Source: Candidatus Eiseniibacteriota bacterium
Lineage (GTDB): Bacteria > Eisenbacteria > RBG-16-71-46
DNA: 64,000 nt
Direction: 5' to 3'
Assembly: GCA_031364845.1 (NCBI GenBank)
Contig: JANLWX010000028.1
Span: forward strand, 32,001 to 96,000
The notes under the pieces are model-generated. The model saw only the letters and a list, made by a program, of their open reading frames with translations. It did not search any database and had not been told where the DNA came from. The stretch's first letter is position 1, and the number at the start of each line of letters is the position of its first letter. This document shows positions 38,951 to 48,670 of the stretch, in pieces. A program made the translations under genes and the position numbers.

Positions 38951-39721
38951 TCACGCCCACACCTTCCACGGCGCCGAACCGCTCGCCCACAGCCGCTCCA
39001 GCTCCTGCTTCTCGCGCAGCGTGTCCATCGGCTGCCAGTAGCCTTCGTGCTGGAATGCCATCAGCTGCCCGTCGCGCGTGAGCCGTTCCATCGGAGCGCG
39101 CTCGAGCGGCTCGTGGTCGCCCTCGATGTAGTCGAACACTTCCGGCTCGAACACGAAGAACCCGCCGTTCACCCAGCCCTCGCCACCGGACGGCTTCTCT
39201 TCGAAGTGCGTCACGCGCCCGTCCTCGATTCCCAGCAGGCCAAAGCGCGTCGGCGGGCGCACTCCGGTCACGGTCGCGATCTTGCCGTGGCGCTTGTGGA
39301 ACGCGAGCAGGTCGCGGATCGGCACGTTGCCGAGGCCGTCGCCGTAGGTGGCCATGAACGTCGACGTGCCGAGCCACGGGCGCAGCCGCTTGATGCGGCC
39401 GCCGGTCATGGTCTCGGGGCCGGTGTCGATCAGATCCACTTTCCAGTTCGGCTGGCGTCCCAGATGGACCGTGGTCTTGCCGTGACCGAGATCGAGCGAG
39501 AGGTCGTTGCTCAGCTCGTGGAAGTTGAGGAAGTAATCCTTGATCACGTCACCTTTGTAGCCGAGCGCGATCACGAACTCCTCGACGCCGTGGTGGGCGT
39601 AGATGTTCATGATGTGCCACAGGATCGGCCGTCCGCCGATCTCGATCATCGGCTTGGGGCGCAGCGCGGTCTCTTCGGCGATCCGGGTTCCGAGCCCGCC
39701 GGCGAGAATGGCGACTTTCAC
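38951..39721 (-). CDS. rfbF: Glucose-1-phosphate cytidylyltransferase
   Basis: LAGGLGTRIAEET..PKPM, DTG..TMTGGR, TYGDG, WQPMDTLR. Confidence 0.93.
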   Translation of the reverse strand: MKVAILAGGLGTRIAEETALRPKPMIEIGGRPILWHIMNIYAHHGVEEFVIALGYKGDVIKDYFLNFHELSNDLSLDLGHGKTTVHLGRQPNWKVDLIDTGPETMTGGRIKRLRPWLGTSTFMATYGDGLGNVPIRDLLAFHKRHGKIATVTGVRPPTRFGLLGIEDGRVTHFEEKPSGGEGWVNGGFFVFEPEVFDYIEGDHEPLERAPMERLTRDGQLMAFQHEGYWQPMDTLREKQELERLWASGSAPWKVWA

Positions 39722-39807
39722 GAGATCACCCGTTGGTGAGGGGGGTATGATGAAGAGGTTCCGTGGCTGGCCGAAGCGTCCGGACACCGCATGTTCGTCT
39801 CCGGATC

Positions 39808-40119
39808 GGGCAGGGTCCGCAAAACCGCCTTCGTGCGAGCTTGAAACGTACCTTGAGAACGGGTCCAGGCGCGAGCAGGAGAGACCCGCCGTCTTCTCAC
39901 TGCCGGCAGGCCGCGATGAGTCGGTGTGGGTGGCCCAGGGTCAGAATCGGCCTCGTCCGGCCCCGGCTTGACCCGCTTCCGTCGAATCCCTAACCTGTTT
40001 CGCCGCAGCAGCCAGTTGCCTGCTGGCGGTATCCAATCTCCTTCAGACGCCCCCCCGGGTGGACGAACATACTCCCATGCGCATAGCGAGCGGTTTGCGA
40101 CACCCGGCGGACCCTGCCC
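39808..40119. repeat. 13-bp perfect inverted repeats enclosing a promoter
   Basis: GGGCAGGGTCCGC (39808-20) / GCGGACCCTGCCC (40107-19). Confidence 0.65.
39968..39996 (+). promoter_or_regulatory. Sigma70-like promoter
   Basis: TTGACC-N17-TAACCT. Confidence 0.55.
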
Positions 40120-40186
40120 TGGGAACCGGTCACCGCGCGCAGCGGCGGCCCCGGCCGGCAGAGACCGAAAGTGCAGGTTCCAGGCC

Positions 40187-41317
40187 ATGAAGATCGTGCA
40201 CGTCTACAAGGACTACTACCCCCCGACCGTGGGGGGCATCGAGCAGACCGCCGAACGTCTCGCGGTGCAGATGGTGCGCCGCGGCGCCGAAGTCACGGTG
40301 CTGACCTCGCATCCCAAAGTGAAGAAGACAATCGAGGAAACGATCGACGGCGTGCGCATCATCCGCTGCGCCGAGTGGGGACGAGCGCTCTCCGCGCCGT
40401 TCTGCCCGGATATGCCTTATCAAATGTCGCGCCTGCGCGCGGATCTGTGGCACCTGCACTACCCGAGCCCGCCCGGCGAAGTGAGCTGGCTCACCGTGCG
40501 GCCGCGTGGCGGGATGGTGGTGACGTGGCACGGTGACATCACGCGCCAGAAGTTCGCGCTGCCCGTCTACCGGCACTTCGTGCAGGCGATCCTGCGCGAG
40601 GCCGATGCGGTGATGCAGACCTACGAGCGCCAGGCGGACGTGTCGCCGTTCCTGCGCGACTTCAAGCACAAGTGCCATGTGGTGCCGCTCGGCATCGAAC
40701 TCGAAGCGTTCGAGCGCCGGCCCGAGCACACCGGGTTCGCCGCCGAACTGCGCGAGAAATACGGCTCGCCGATCGTTCTTTCGGTCGGCAGGCTCGTGGG
40801 CTACAAGGGCATCGACGTGCTGCTCGATGCCGCGCCGCGGATCGAGGGCAAGGTTCTGATCGTCGGCGGCGGGCCCGAGGCCGAGCGCCTCAAGGCCAAG
40901 GCCGCGGCGATGGGGCTTGGCGACCAGGTCGTGTTCATCGGACGGGTCGAGCCGTCCAAGGTGATCCACTATGTCTCGGCCGCCGATGTCGGTGTGCTGC
41001 CGTCGATCGCGCCGCAGGAGACGTTCGGACTCTCGATGGTGGAGATGATGGCCCATGGCCTGCCGGTCGTGTGCACCGAGTTGAACACCGGAACCTCGTT
41101 CGTCAATCAGCACGGTGAATCGGGGCTGGTCGTCCAGCCGGGTGATCCGGCCGCGCTGGCGGACGCGATCAACCAGTTGTTGCGCGACGCGTCCCTGCGC
41201 GCCCGGCTCGGCCAGGGAGCCGCCGATCGCGCACACCGGCTGTTCAGCACCGATGCGATGATGCGCGGCGTCCTGGACGTCTACGAAGCCGTGCTCGGCC
41301 GGCGGCGGGCGGCGTAG
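40187..41317 (+). CDS. Glycosyltransferase family 4
   Basis: KDYYPPTVGGIE, GRLVGYKG, ETFGLSMVE. Confidence 0.92.
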   Translation: MKIVHVYKDYYPPTVGGIEQTAERLAVQMVRRGAEVTVLTSHPKVKKTIEETIDGVRIIRCAEWGRALSAPFCPDMPYQMSRLRADLWHLHYPSPPGEVSWLTVRPRGGMVVTWHGDITRQKFALPVYRHFVQAILREADAVMQTYERQADVSPFLRDFKHKCHVVPLGIELEAFERRPEHTGFAAELREKYGSPIVLSVGRLVGYKGIDVLLDAAPRIEGKVLIVGGGPEAERLKAKAAAMGLGDQVVFIGRVEPSKVIHYVSAADVGVLPSIAPQETFGLSMVEMMAHGLPVVCTELNTGTSFVNQHGESGLVVQPGDPAALADAINQLLRDASLRARLGQGAADRAHRLFSTDAMMRGVLDVYEAVLGRRRAA

Positions 41318-41330
41318 TGGCGGACCGCTG

Positions 41331-42731
41331 ATGTTCAATCGCCACCGCGATCTGTTCGCGACCGGGCTGTTCGTGCTCGACGGCATGATCCTCGCCGGCG
41401 CGTGGCTTGCGGCGTACGCTCTGCGCTTCCACGTGCTCGGTCTGCCGGCGCCGCTCGGCGTGCCGCCGCTGTCGCTCTACCTGTGGATCGGCGCGGTCGT
41501 GACGCTGGTCGCGCTGATCGTCATGCGCACACTGCGGCTCTATCGCTCGGCGCGCACCGCGCGGCTCGGGCACGAGCTGTTCGCGCTCGGACAGGGCGTG
41601 GTGATCGTCACCGGTATCGCGGGCCTTGCGTCGTTCTTCGCGCGCGGAGAATTGTCGCGCGCCACGCTCGCGATCTTCGCCGTGATCGCGGCGACCGGCC
41701 TGTGGAGCAGCCGGCTCGCGCTGCGCATGGTGCTGCGCGCGCTGCGGCGCGGCGGACACAATCTGCGTCACGCGATCGTGGTTGGCACCGGCGACATGGC
41801 GCAGGAGCTGATCCGAAAGATTCACGACCATCCGGACTTCGGCATTCTCGTGCGCGGCGTGCTCGCCGCAAACGACGCCGATGCGCACCGCGAGCGCGTC
41901 GCCGGCGCGCGCGTGCTGGGCACGGTGGCGCAGTTGCCGGGAGTGGTCGAACGCGAAGGCGTGGAGCTCGTGTACCTCGCACTCGCGCGCTCCGAGTGGC
42001 AGGCGGAGGAGGAAGCGCTCACGCGCCTGGCGGATTCGACGGTCGCAGTACGGCTGGTGCCCGACCTCGTGCGCTCGCTGTCGCTCAACGCCAGCGTCGA
42101 GGACTTCGACGGCATGCCGGTCGTGAGCCTCACCGACAACCCGGGCCAGGGCTGGAACGCCGTCGCCAAGCGCGCGTTCGATCTCGCGTTCGCGTGCCTG
42201 GGCCTGATCGTGCTAGCACCGCTGCTGCTCGCGATCGCGATCTGGATCCGCGCGACCTCGCGCGGTCCGGTGTTGTTCGCGCAGGACCGCGTCGGCATGA
42301 ACGGGCGCCGCTTCAAGATGCTCAAGTTCCGCACCATGCGCGAGGACGCCGAAGCCGCGGGCCCGGGCTGGACGCGCCCGTCGGATCCGCGCCGCACCGA
42401 CGTGGGAGCGGTACTGCGCCCGCTGTCGCTCGACGAGCTTCCGCAATTGTGGAACGTGCTGCTCGGCCAGATGAGCCTGGTCGGCCCGCGGCCGGAGCAG
42501 CCGTTCTACGTGGATCAGTTCCGCGCCTCGGTGCCGCGCTACATGCTGCGGCATCACGTGAAGGCGGGCATCACCGGATGGGCTCAGGTGCACGGCCTGC
42601 GCGGCGACACGCCGCTCGACCGGCGCGTCGAATACGATCTCTACTACATCCGGCACTGGTCGATCCTGCTCGACTTGAAGATCCTGGCGCTGACCGTCGC
42701 GCGTGTGTTCCGCGACGCGAGCGCGCACTGA
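41331..42731 (+). CDS. Undecaprenyl-phosphate glucose phosphotransferase (WcaJ-like)
   Basis: N-terminal TMs; KRAFD, KFRTM, SLDELPQLWNV, MSLVGPRPE, GITGWAQV. Confidence 0.93.
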   Translation: MFNRHRDLFATGLFVLDGMILAGAWLAAYALRFHVLGLPAPLGVPPLSLYLWIGAVVTLVALIVMRTLRLYRSARTARLGHELFALGQGVVIVTGIAGLASFFARGELSRATLAIFAVIAATGLWSSRLALRMVLRALRRGGHNLRHAIVVGTGDMAQELIRKIHDHPDFGILVRGVLAANDADAHRERVAGARVLGTVAQLPGVVEREGVELVYLALARSEWQAEEEALTRLADSTVAVRLVPDLVRSLSLNASVEDFDGMPVVSLTDNPGQGWNAVAKRAFDLAFACLGLIVLAPLLLAIAIWIRATSRGPVLFAQDRVGMNGRRFKMLKFRTMREDAEAAGPGWTRPSDPRRTDVGAVLRPLSLDELPQLWNVLLGQMSLVGPRPEQPFYVDQFRASVPRYMLRHHVKAGITGWAQVHGLRGDTPLDRRVEYDLYYIRHWSILLDLKILALTVARVFRDASAH

Positions 42732-42735
42732 CGCG

Positions 42736-43836
42736 TTACTCCACCGCCGATTCGTAGACGTCGAGCGTGCGCCGCGCGGCTTCGGCCCACGTGAAGCGGC
42801 GCGCGTGCTCGAGACCGCGGCGGGCGAGTTCCGCGCGGCGCGTCGAATCCCCGAGCAGTGCCGCGATCGAAGCGGCCCACGGCTGCGGATCGATCGGATC
42901 GAGCAACTCGGCGGCATCGCCGACCGTCTCGGGCAACGCGCCGCCGGTCGAACACAGCACCGGCGTCCCGCACGCCATCGCTTCGAGCGGTGGCAGGCCG
43001 AAGCCTTCGGTGAGCGACGGTTGCACGTAGAGCGCCGCACCCGAGTAGCAGCTCGACAGCGCCTCGTCGTCGTCGAAGTCGCCGGCAAAGTGAATCGAAC
43101 TCGCGAGCCCGAGCTGTGCTGCGAGTCGTGCGAGCGGATCATTCGCGCTCCATGCCAGTCCCGACAACACCAGCGGCGGGCGATCGGCCGCGGGAATCGC
43201 GGCGAGCGCGCGCAGCAGCATGCCGAGATTCTTATGACCGCGCCGCGCGCCGACGTAGAGCAGATAGTCCTCCGGAAGCGCATGCGCGCGACGGTATGCG
43301 GCGACCGCGGCGGCATCGCGGCGCGCGATCGAGGACGCGACTCCGAGCGGAATCACCCGCACGCGCTCGGGCGGAACGTCGAGCGCTTCGATGATGTCGC
43401 CGCGCGTGTGCTCGGAGTTGGCGATCACCACCCGCGAGCGGCGCGCCGCGAGCCCCGCGATCGTGCGCGCGTAGAGTGCGGCACCCGCGGGGAAGAACTG
43501 CGGGTGCCGCACGTGGATCAGGTCGTGGATCGTCACCACCGCCCGGCCGTTCCATGCGAGCGGCAGAGTGTAGTGCGGCGCGTGGAACAGATCGACGAGT
43601 GCCGCACGCGCGGCCGCGGCCAGCACCCAGTGCTCGGCGATCGAATACTTGCCCGCGCGCACCGCGATCTCGCGGGTGACGCGGTCCGACCAGGTCGTGG
43701 TGCCGAAGTCCTTGGGATCGAGGAACAGCGCGAAGCGATGACCGCGCGGCTCAAGGAGCAGTGCCTCGATCAGATGGCGCACGTAAGTGCCGATGCCGCC
43801 GTCACGCAGTTTGCGCGCATCGATGCCGATCAGCAT
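42736..43836 (-). CDS. Glycosyltransferase family 4
   Basis: GIDAR, TIHDL, HKN, EGFGLPPLEAMACG. Confidence 0.92.
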   Translation of the reverse strand: MLIGIDARKLRDGGIGTYVRHLIEALLLEPRGHRFALFLDPKDFGTTTWSDRVTREIAVRAGKYSIAEHWVLAAAARAALVDLFHAPHYTLPLAWNGRAVVTIHDLIHVRHPQFFPAGAALYARTIAGLAARRSRVVIANSEHTRGDIIEALDVPPERVRVIPLGVASSIARRDAAAVAAYRRAHALPEDYLLYVGARRGHKNLGMLLRALAAIPAADRPPLVLSGLAWSANDPLARLAAQLGLASSIHFAGDFDDDEALSSCYSGAALYVQPSLTEGFGLPPLEAMACGTPVLCSTGGALPETVGDAAELLDPIDPQPWAASIAALLGDSTRRAELARRGLEHARRFTWAEAARRTLDVYESAVE

Positions 43837-44774
43837 GGCGTTCCGCCGCGGCTCTGCCAGTCGCGGAAGCCGCGCCAGCGCCCGTGCAGTGAACCCACGT
43901 AGCGCCTCGCGTCGCCCGCCCGCCCGCGCACGAAGCTGAGCCCGGCACCCACGGCGGCGCGGGCGAGATACTCCGCGAACAGCATGCGCGCGGTCCATCC
44001 GCGGGAACCGGCCGCGTGCTTCGCGAACATCGCGCCCCAGCCGCGACCGTAGTGATACGCGCGCTCGGCCTGTTGCTTCGGCGTGCGTACGGAAAACGGC
44101 TCGGCATGCACCACGTGGGCCTCGGGGACATAGGCACCTGTGTGGCCGGCCTCGATCAGCCGGAACACGAGGTCGCTTTCCTCACCGCTCGGGAACTCGG
44201 CCCCGGCGCCGAGCCGCTCGTCGAAGCCGCCGATCGCGCGCAGCACGTCGCGATCGACGACCAGGCCCGCGCTCACCACGCCCCGCAGGACTTCGCGTTG
44301 CGTGCGGATCGCGTACGGGTGCGCGTCCATCGCTGGCGCCAGCACGGTGCCGTGTTCGTCGTGCACGCGCCCGCACACGAAGCCGAGCGCGGGCTGTGTT
44401 GCGAGGAACGCCGTGATCGCGCGCGCAAACTCACGATCGGGAATGCAGTCGTCGTCGGGAAAGAAGACCCACGTTCCGCGCGCGAGCGCGATCCCGTGAT
44501 TGCGCGCGCGCGACAGTCCGCGCACGGGGAGGCGCTCGTAGCGCGCGCCCGCGCGCGCGGCGAGTTTCGCGACCGCGTCGTCCTCGCCCTGATGGACCAC
44601 GATCACGTCGGCGAACGGAACGCTCGAAGCGTTGAGTGCGGCGAGACACGCTTTAAGACACTCGATGCGTCCGAGCGTGGCGACGACGGCGGACAGCGCC
44701 GGCACCGGACGCGGCGCGCGATCGTCGGCGCCCGCATCGGAACCGCTCGCCGTCGCGCGCTCGGGCGCCGTCAT
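43830..44774 (-). CDS. Glycosyltransferase family 2
   Basis: GLSRARN, FPDDD, GGFDERLG, GEESD. Confidence 0.9.
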   Translation of the reverse strand: MTAPERATASGSDAGADDRAPRPVPALSAVVATLGRIECLKACLAALNASSVPFADVIVVHQGEDDAVAKLAARAGARYERLPVRGLSRARNHGIALARGTWVFFPDDDCIPDREFARAITAFLATQPALGFVCGRVHDEHGTVLAPAMDAHPYAIRTQREVLRGVVSAGLVVDRDVLRAIGGFDERLGAGAEFPSGEESDLVFRLIEAGHTGAYVPEAHVVHAEPFSVRTPKQQAERAYHYGRGWGAMFAKHAAGSRGWTARMLFAEYLARAAVGAGLSFVRGRAGDARRYVGSLHGRWRGFRDWQSRGGTPC

Positions 44775-45880
44775 GAACGCGTCTCCCGCACGCGGTCGAA
44801 CAGCGCTTCCCAGCGCGCCGCGATCGCGCGGGGTTCGAACGCGGCCGCGCGCGACCGCGCCTTCGCCGCGAGACTTGCGCGGCGCCCGGGATCGTCGATC
44901 AACCCTCGCACCGCGGCGGCGAGGGCGGCGGGATTCGCGGGTGCCACGAGCTCGCCGGCCGCACCGCCTTCGAGTGCGTCCACGACACCGCTCCCGCAAC
45001 GCGTAGCGATCACCGGAAGGCCGGCCGCAATCGCTTCGAGCAATGCGAGCGGCAGGCCCTCGGCGCGCGAAGGGAGCACGAACACATCCGCGGCATCGAG
45101 GAACGGAGCGGGATCGGGATGGAATCCGGCGAACCGAACGCGGTCCGCGACCCCGAGCGCGCGCGCCTGAGACTCGAGCGATTCACGCATCGGACCGTCG
45201 CCGAGCACGGTCCACTCCCAGTCGCCGGCGTCGAGCGCGGCCGCCGCATCGAGCAGCACGTCGATGCCCTTGATGGGATGGAGCCGCGCGATGGTGAGCA
45301 GGCGCACCGGGCCGGTCGCCGCGCGCGTGTTCGCGCGCATCGCGCGCGACGCCACCGGATTCGGAATCACCGAAGTCCGCTCGCGTGGCACGCCGAGCCG
45401 CTCGAGTGCCTGCCGCCCGTCCTCAGACACCGCGACCGAAGCCGTGCACGCGCGATAGCCGAACTCGAGCGCGCTCCACATCGGCTTCGACAAACGCGCG
45501 GATGCGTTCGGGCCGTCGCCGTCCCGCGCGTAGAGCGTGAACAGATCCGGATGCAGCACCCCGATCACCGGCCGGCGCAGCCACCGGCCCCACAAGGCGG
45601 CGAACACGACCGGCGGTCCTTCCATGCCGCCGACGATCACGTCCGCGCTCCGGCACGTCGCGAGGCCGCGCGCGAACAGCATCGGCGCGACGAGGGCGAG
45701 GCGCGTGCGATCGTCACCCAGTGCCACGACCTCCACTCCGGGAGGCGTTGCGTGATCGATCGCGCGCTTCAGCAGCAGCACCGTCACGCGCGTGCGGGTG
45801 AATGCGGGGCCGAGCACCAGGGGGAGTTTCTCGGCGCCGCCGCCGCGCAGGTCGGTCAGCACCCACACGCAGTGGATCAC
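44771..45880 (-). CDS. Glycosyltransferase family 4
   Basis: GGGAE, RLHPIKG, EGLPLALLEA. Confidence 0.9.
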   Translation of the reverse strand: MIHCVWVLTDLRGGGAEKLPLVLGPAFTRTRVTVLLLKRAIDHATPPGVEVVALGDDRTRLALVAPMLFARGLATCRSADVIVGGMEGPPVVFAALWGRWLRRPVIGVLHPDLFTLYARDGDGPNASARLSKPMWSALEFGYRACTASVAVSEDGRQALERLGVPRERTSVIPNPVASRAMRANTRAATGPVRLLTIARLHPIKGIDVLLDAAAALDAGDWEWTVLGDGPMRESLESQARALGVADRVRFAGFHPDPAPFLDAADVFVLPSRAEGLPLALLEAIAAGLPVIATRCGSGVVDALEGGAAGELVAPANPAALAAAVRGLIDDPGRRASLAAKARSRAAAFEPRAIAARWEALFDRVRETRS

Positions 45881-46608
45881 GGACGCCGGGCGACGGCGAT
45901 CAGGTTGTAGCTGGTCGGAATGTGCACGCCTTCGCGCCCCAGCTCCGCGATGAGGTACGTCTTCCACAGCGCGCGCCCCAGTCCCGCGACCGCCCAGCGC
46001 GCCCAGCCCAATGCGGTGAACGGCGTGATCGATTCGCCGACGCAGTGCGTGAGCTCGAGATCACACGTCATGAGGCCCTCGCGCAGCGACATCTCGGTGA
46101 ACAGCAGCTCGTGCGTGAGATCGCGGTAGCGCGCACGGGGTCCGATCAGCGAGCTGGCGTTCGGCGTCTTCATGATGAGCGTGCCCCCCGGGCGCAGCGC
46201 CACGCGCGCGAGGTCGAAGAACTTGAGAATTTCGTCCTTCACGAGGTGCTCGATGAAGTCCAGCGCCAGAATCGTGTCGAACGCTTCGGACTTGCCCTCG
46301 AGATGTTCGAACGTGTCGCCCTGTTCCACCGGCAATCCGCGCGCCGCGGCGACCTCCGCCTGTTCGCGGCTGATGTCGACGCCGTAGGCCTTCGCGTATC
46401 CCGCGCGGCGCAGCATGTGGACGGCATAGCCGGTGCCGCACGCGACATCGACGATCGCCGCGTCGCGCGAGGCCGGCAGATAGGGCCCGAGCACGCTCAG
46501 GAGCGCCCGCGCATGATGGTCGTAGTCGGTGTCGGTGGGGCGGTTGACGACCGAGTACGAGGTCGAGAAGTAGCGTTCGTAGATGCGCGCGCGGTAGTTG
46601 GAGGTCAT
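45877..46608 (-). CDS. Class I SAM-dependent methyltransferase
   Basis: VDVACGTG, GVDIS, FIEHL, LRPGG. Confidence 0.88.
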   Translation of the reverse strand: MTSNYRARIYERYFSTSYSVVNRPTDTDYDHHARALLSVLGPYLPASRDAAIVDVACGTGYAVHMLRRAGYAKAYGVDISREQAEVAAARGLPVEQGDTFEHLEGKSEAFDTILALDFIEHLVKDEILKFFDLARVALRPGGTLIMKTPNASSLIGPRARYRDLTHELLFTEMSLREGLMTCDLELTHCVGESITPFTALGWARWAVAGLGRALWKTYLIAELGREGVHIPTSYNLIAVARRP

Positions 46609-46706
46609 GGCGCGGCAGTCTCGCCTCGTGACTGGGGCGAGTCAACCGGGAGCCACAGCGGCACTGCGGAATGGTGCGTGTGCGCGGTGTCACGTAGGAT
46701 CGCGCC

Positions 46707-47441
46707 ATGAGCCAGGCCTGCGGAGAAGTCCTCGACGAAGTGCGCCGCGCGATCCGTTCGCTGCTGGGCCCGATCGCCGAAGTCATCGGGAGCGAATCGC
46801 ATCTGCTCGATGTCGGATGCTGGGACGGCGCCGAGACGGTCCGCTACGCAAACCTGCTCCACGCACGCCCGCACGGGATCGAGATCTTTCCCGAGCCCGC
46901 CGTGGAAGCGGAGCGCAACGGCGTGGATGTCGGGCGCGTCGATCTCGAAGGCGGGCGCTTCCCGTGGGCCGACGGCTCGATGGACGTGGTGATCGCCAAT
47001 CAGGTGTTCGAGCACCTGAAGAATATCTGGCTGCCGATGTCCGAGATGTTTCGCGTCACGCGCGACGGCGGCTGGCTCGTGATCTCGGTGCCCAATCTTT
47101 CGAGCCTGCACAATCGCGCGCTGATGCTGCTCGGGGAGCAGCCGACTTCGATCCGCACATTCGGCCCGCACGTGCGCGGCTACGCTGCCTCTGAATTCGT
47201 GCGCTTCGTTACCTTCGAAGGCGCCTACGAACTCGTGAGCCGCACCGGGGTCGGGTTCTATCCGCTGCCCGCGCGTCTCGCGACGCCGCTCGCGCGCGCG
47301 TGGCCGTCGGCGAGCCACACGACCGTGCTGCTCGCGCGCAAGCGCGCGGGTGTCGCGCGCGCACCGTGGCAGGCGTTCGTCGAGGACGGGCACGAGGGCC
47401 TGCAGACGTTCTACGGCGAAGGCGCAGTCTCCGCGCGCTGA
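46707..47441 (+). CDS. Class I SAM-dependent methyltransferase
   Basis: LDVGCWDG, VFEHL, ISVPN. Confidence 0.85.
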   Translation: MSQACGEVLDEVRRAIRSLLGPIAEVIGSESHLLDVGCWDGAETVRYANLLHARPHGIEIFPEPAVEAERNGVDVGRVDLEGGRFPWADGSMDVVIANQVFEHLKNIWLPMSEMFRVTRDGGWLVISVPNLSSLHNRALMLLGEQPTSIRTFGPHVRGYAASEFVRFVTFEGAYELVSRTGVGFYPLPARLATPLARAWPSASHTTVLLARKRAGVARAPWQAFVEDGHEGLQTFYGEGAVSAR

Positions 47442-48670
47442 GCGGTTCCCGGCGCAGGTTTGCGGTCCTTCCACACGCGCCAGTGCCGCTCGAAGGCGGC
47501 TGCGAACTCGCGATCGAAGCGCTCGATGCCGAACGGTTCGGCGAGTGCCGGGAGCAGTGCGCGATCCACCGGGTCCTGCTCCAGCGCTTCAATACCCGCG
47601 ATCACACCGTCCACGCTCTGGGTGCCGAACAGCACACCGCCTGGTACCCGTGCGGCGCCACCGCGCGCGATCTGCGCGCGCGCGCCGGCGTCGGCGCCGC
47701 GTCCCACCGTTTCGAGAGCTCCGCCCAGGCCGTAGGCGATCACCGGGCAACCGCTCGCCATCGCCTCGACCGGCACGATCCCGAAGTCCTCTTCGCCCGG
47801 AAAGATCAGCGCCTGCGCCTGCCGGTAGAGCTCGGCGAGATGTGAGTCCGAGGTCCATCCGACGAACTCGACGCCCGGTCCTGCGAGCTTCCGCAGGGCC
47901 TGCTCGTCCTGTCCCATGCCGACCACCAGCACGCGGCGCCCGAGCCTGACGCACGCCTCGATCGCGAGATCGGTGCGCTTGTAGGGCGCGAAGGCTCCGG
48001 CCAGCAGATAGAACGGCCGGCCGATCGCTCCGTGCGCGGTTCCTTTGCCGGCCGGTTCCGCCGGGGCCCTGGACTCGGCGAACGGGGCGGCGGTGCGGTA
48101 GCGCGCAACGTCGACCGGCGGATGGATCACCTCGGCCTCGCGCCCGTAGTGCCGCCGGATGCGCTCGGCGACATGAGCGGAGTTGCAGACCATCGCGTGC
48201 GGGCGATCGGCGGTCGCGATGTCCCAGCGTCTGAGCCCCGCCAGTGTCCGGTGCAACAGCGAGGACACCGGCCACGGGAAGCGGCCGGGGGGAAAGTAGA
48301 CCGGTTCGAGTTCGTAGACGTAGCGCATCGGGGTATGCAGGTAGCTCATGTGGAACGTGCCGTCGGGGACCCGCACGCTCTTCGCCACGCAATGGCTCGA
48401 CGAGACGACGGCATCGAAGCCGGTGAAGTCGAACGTCTCGATCGCGCGCGGGAACAGCGGCAGGTACCAGCGATAGAAGCGCGCGGCGTCCGGCAGGTTC
48501 TGGACGAACGAGGTGCGGATCTCGTGCGATTCGATCAGACCCGGCACCGATCCCGGGGTCCACAGCAGCGTGTGGATCGGAGCACCCGGGAAGCGCTCGC
48601 ACATGCGCTCGAGCACGCGCTCGCCGCCGCGCATGCCGGTGAGCCAGTCGTGCACCAGGGCGACCTTCAT
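47411..48670 (-). CDS. Glycosyltransferase family 4
   Basis: HDWLTGMRGGERV, HTPMRY, EDFGIVPVEAMASG; 31-nt convergent overlap with the methyltransferase. Confidence 0.92.
   Translation of the reverse strand: MKVALVHDWLTGMRGGERVLERMCERFPGAPIHTLLWTPGSVPGLIESHEIRTSFVQNLPDAARFYRWYLPLFPRAIETFDFTGFDAVVSSSHCVAKSVRVPDGTFHMSYLHTPMRYVYELEPVYFPPGRFPWPVSSLLHRTLAGLRRWDIATADRPHAMVCNSAHVAERIRRHYGREAEVIHPPVDVARYRTAAPFAESRAPAEPAGKGTAHGAIGRPFYLLAGAFAPYKRTDLAIEACVRLGRRVLVVGMGQDEQALRKLAGPGVEFVGWTSDSHLAELYRQAQALIFPGEEDFGIVPVEAMASGCPVIAYGLGGALETVGRGADAGARAQIARGGAARVPGGVLFGTQSVDGVIAGIEALEQDPVDRALLPALAEPFGIERFDREFAAAFERHWRVWKDRKPAPGTAQRAETAPSP

Noticed and set aside
39785..39900. 6S RNA-like words (ATGTTCG...ACCTTGAGAACGGGTCCAGG)
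   Set aside because: Could not fold a convincing long rod with central bubble, and the context is atypical; needs an Rfam search
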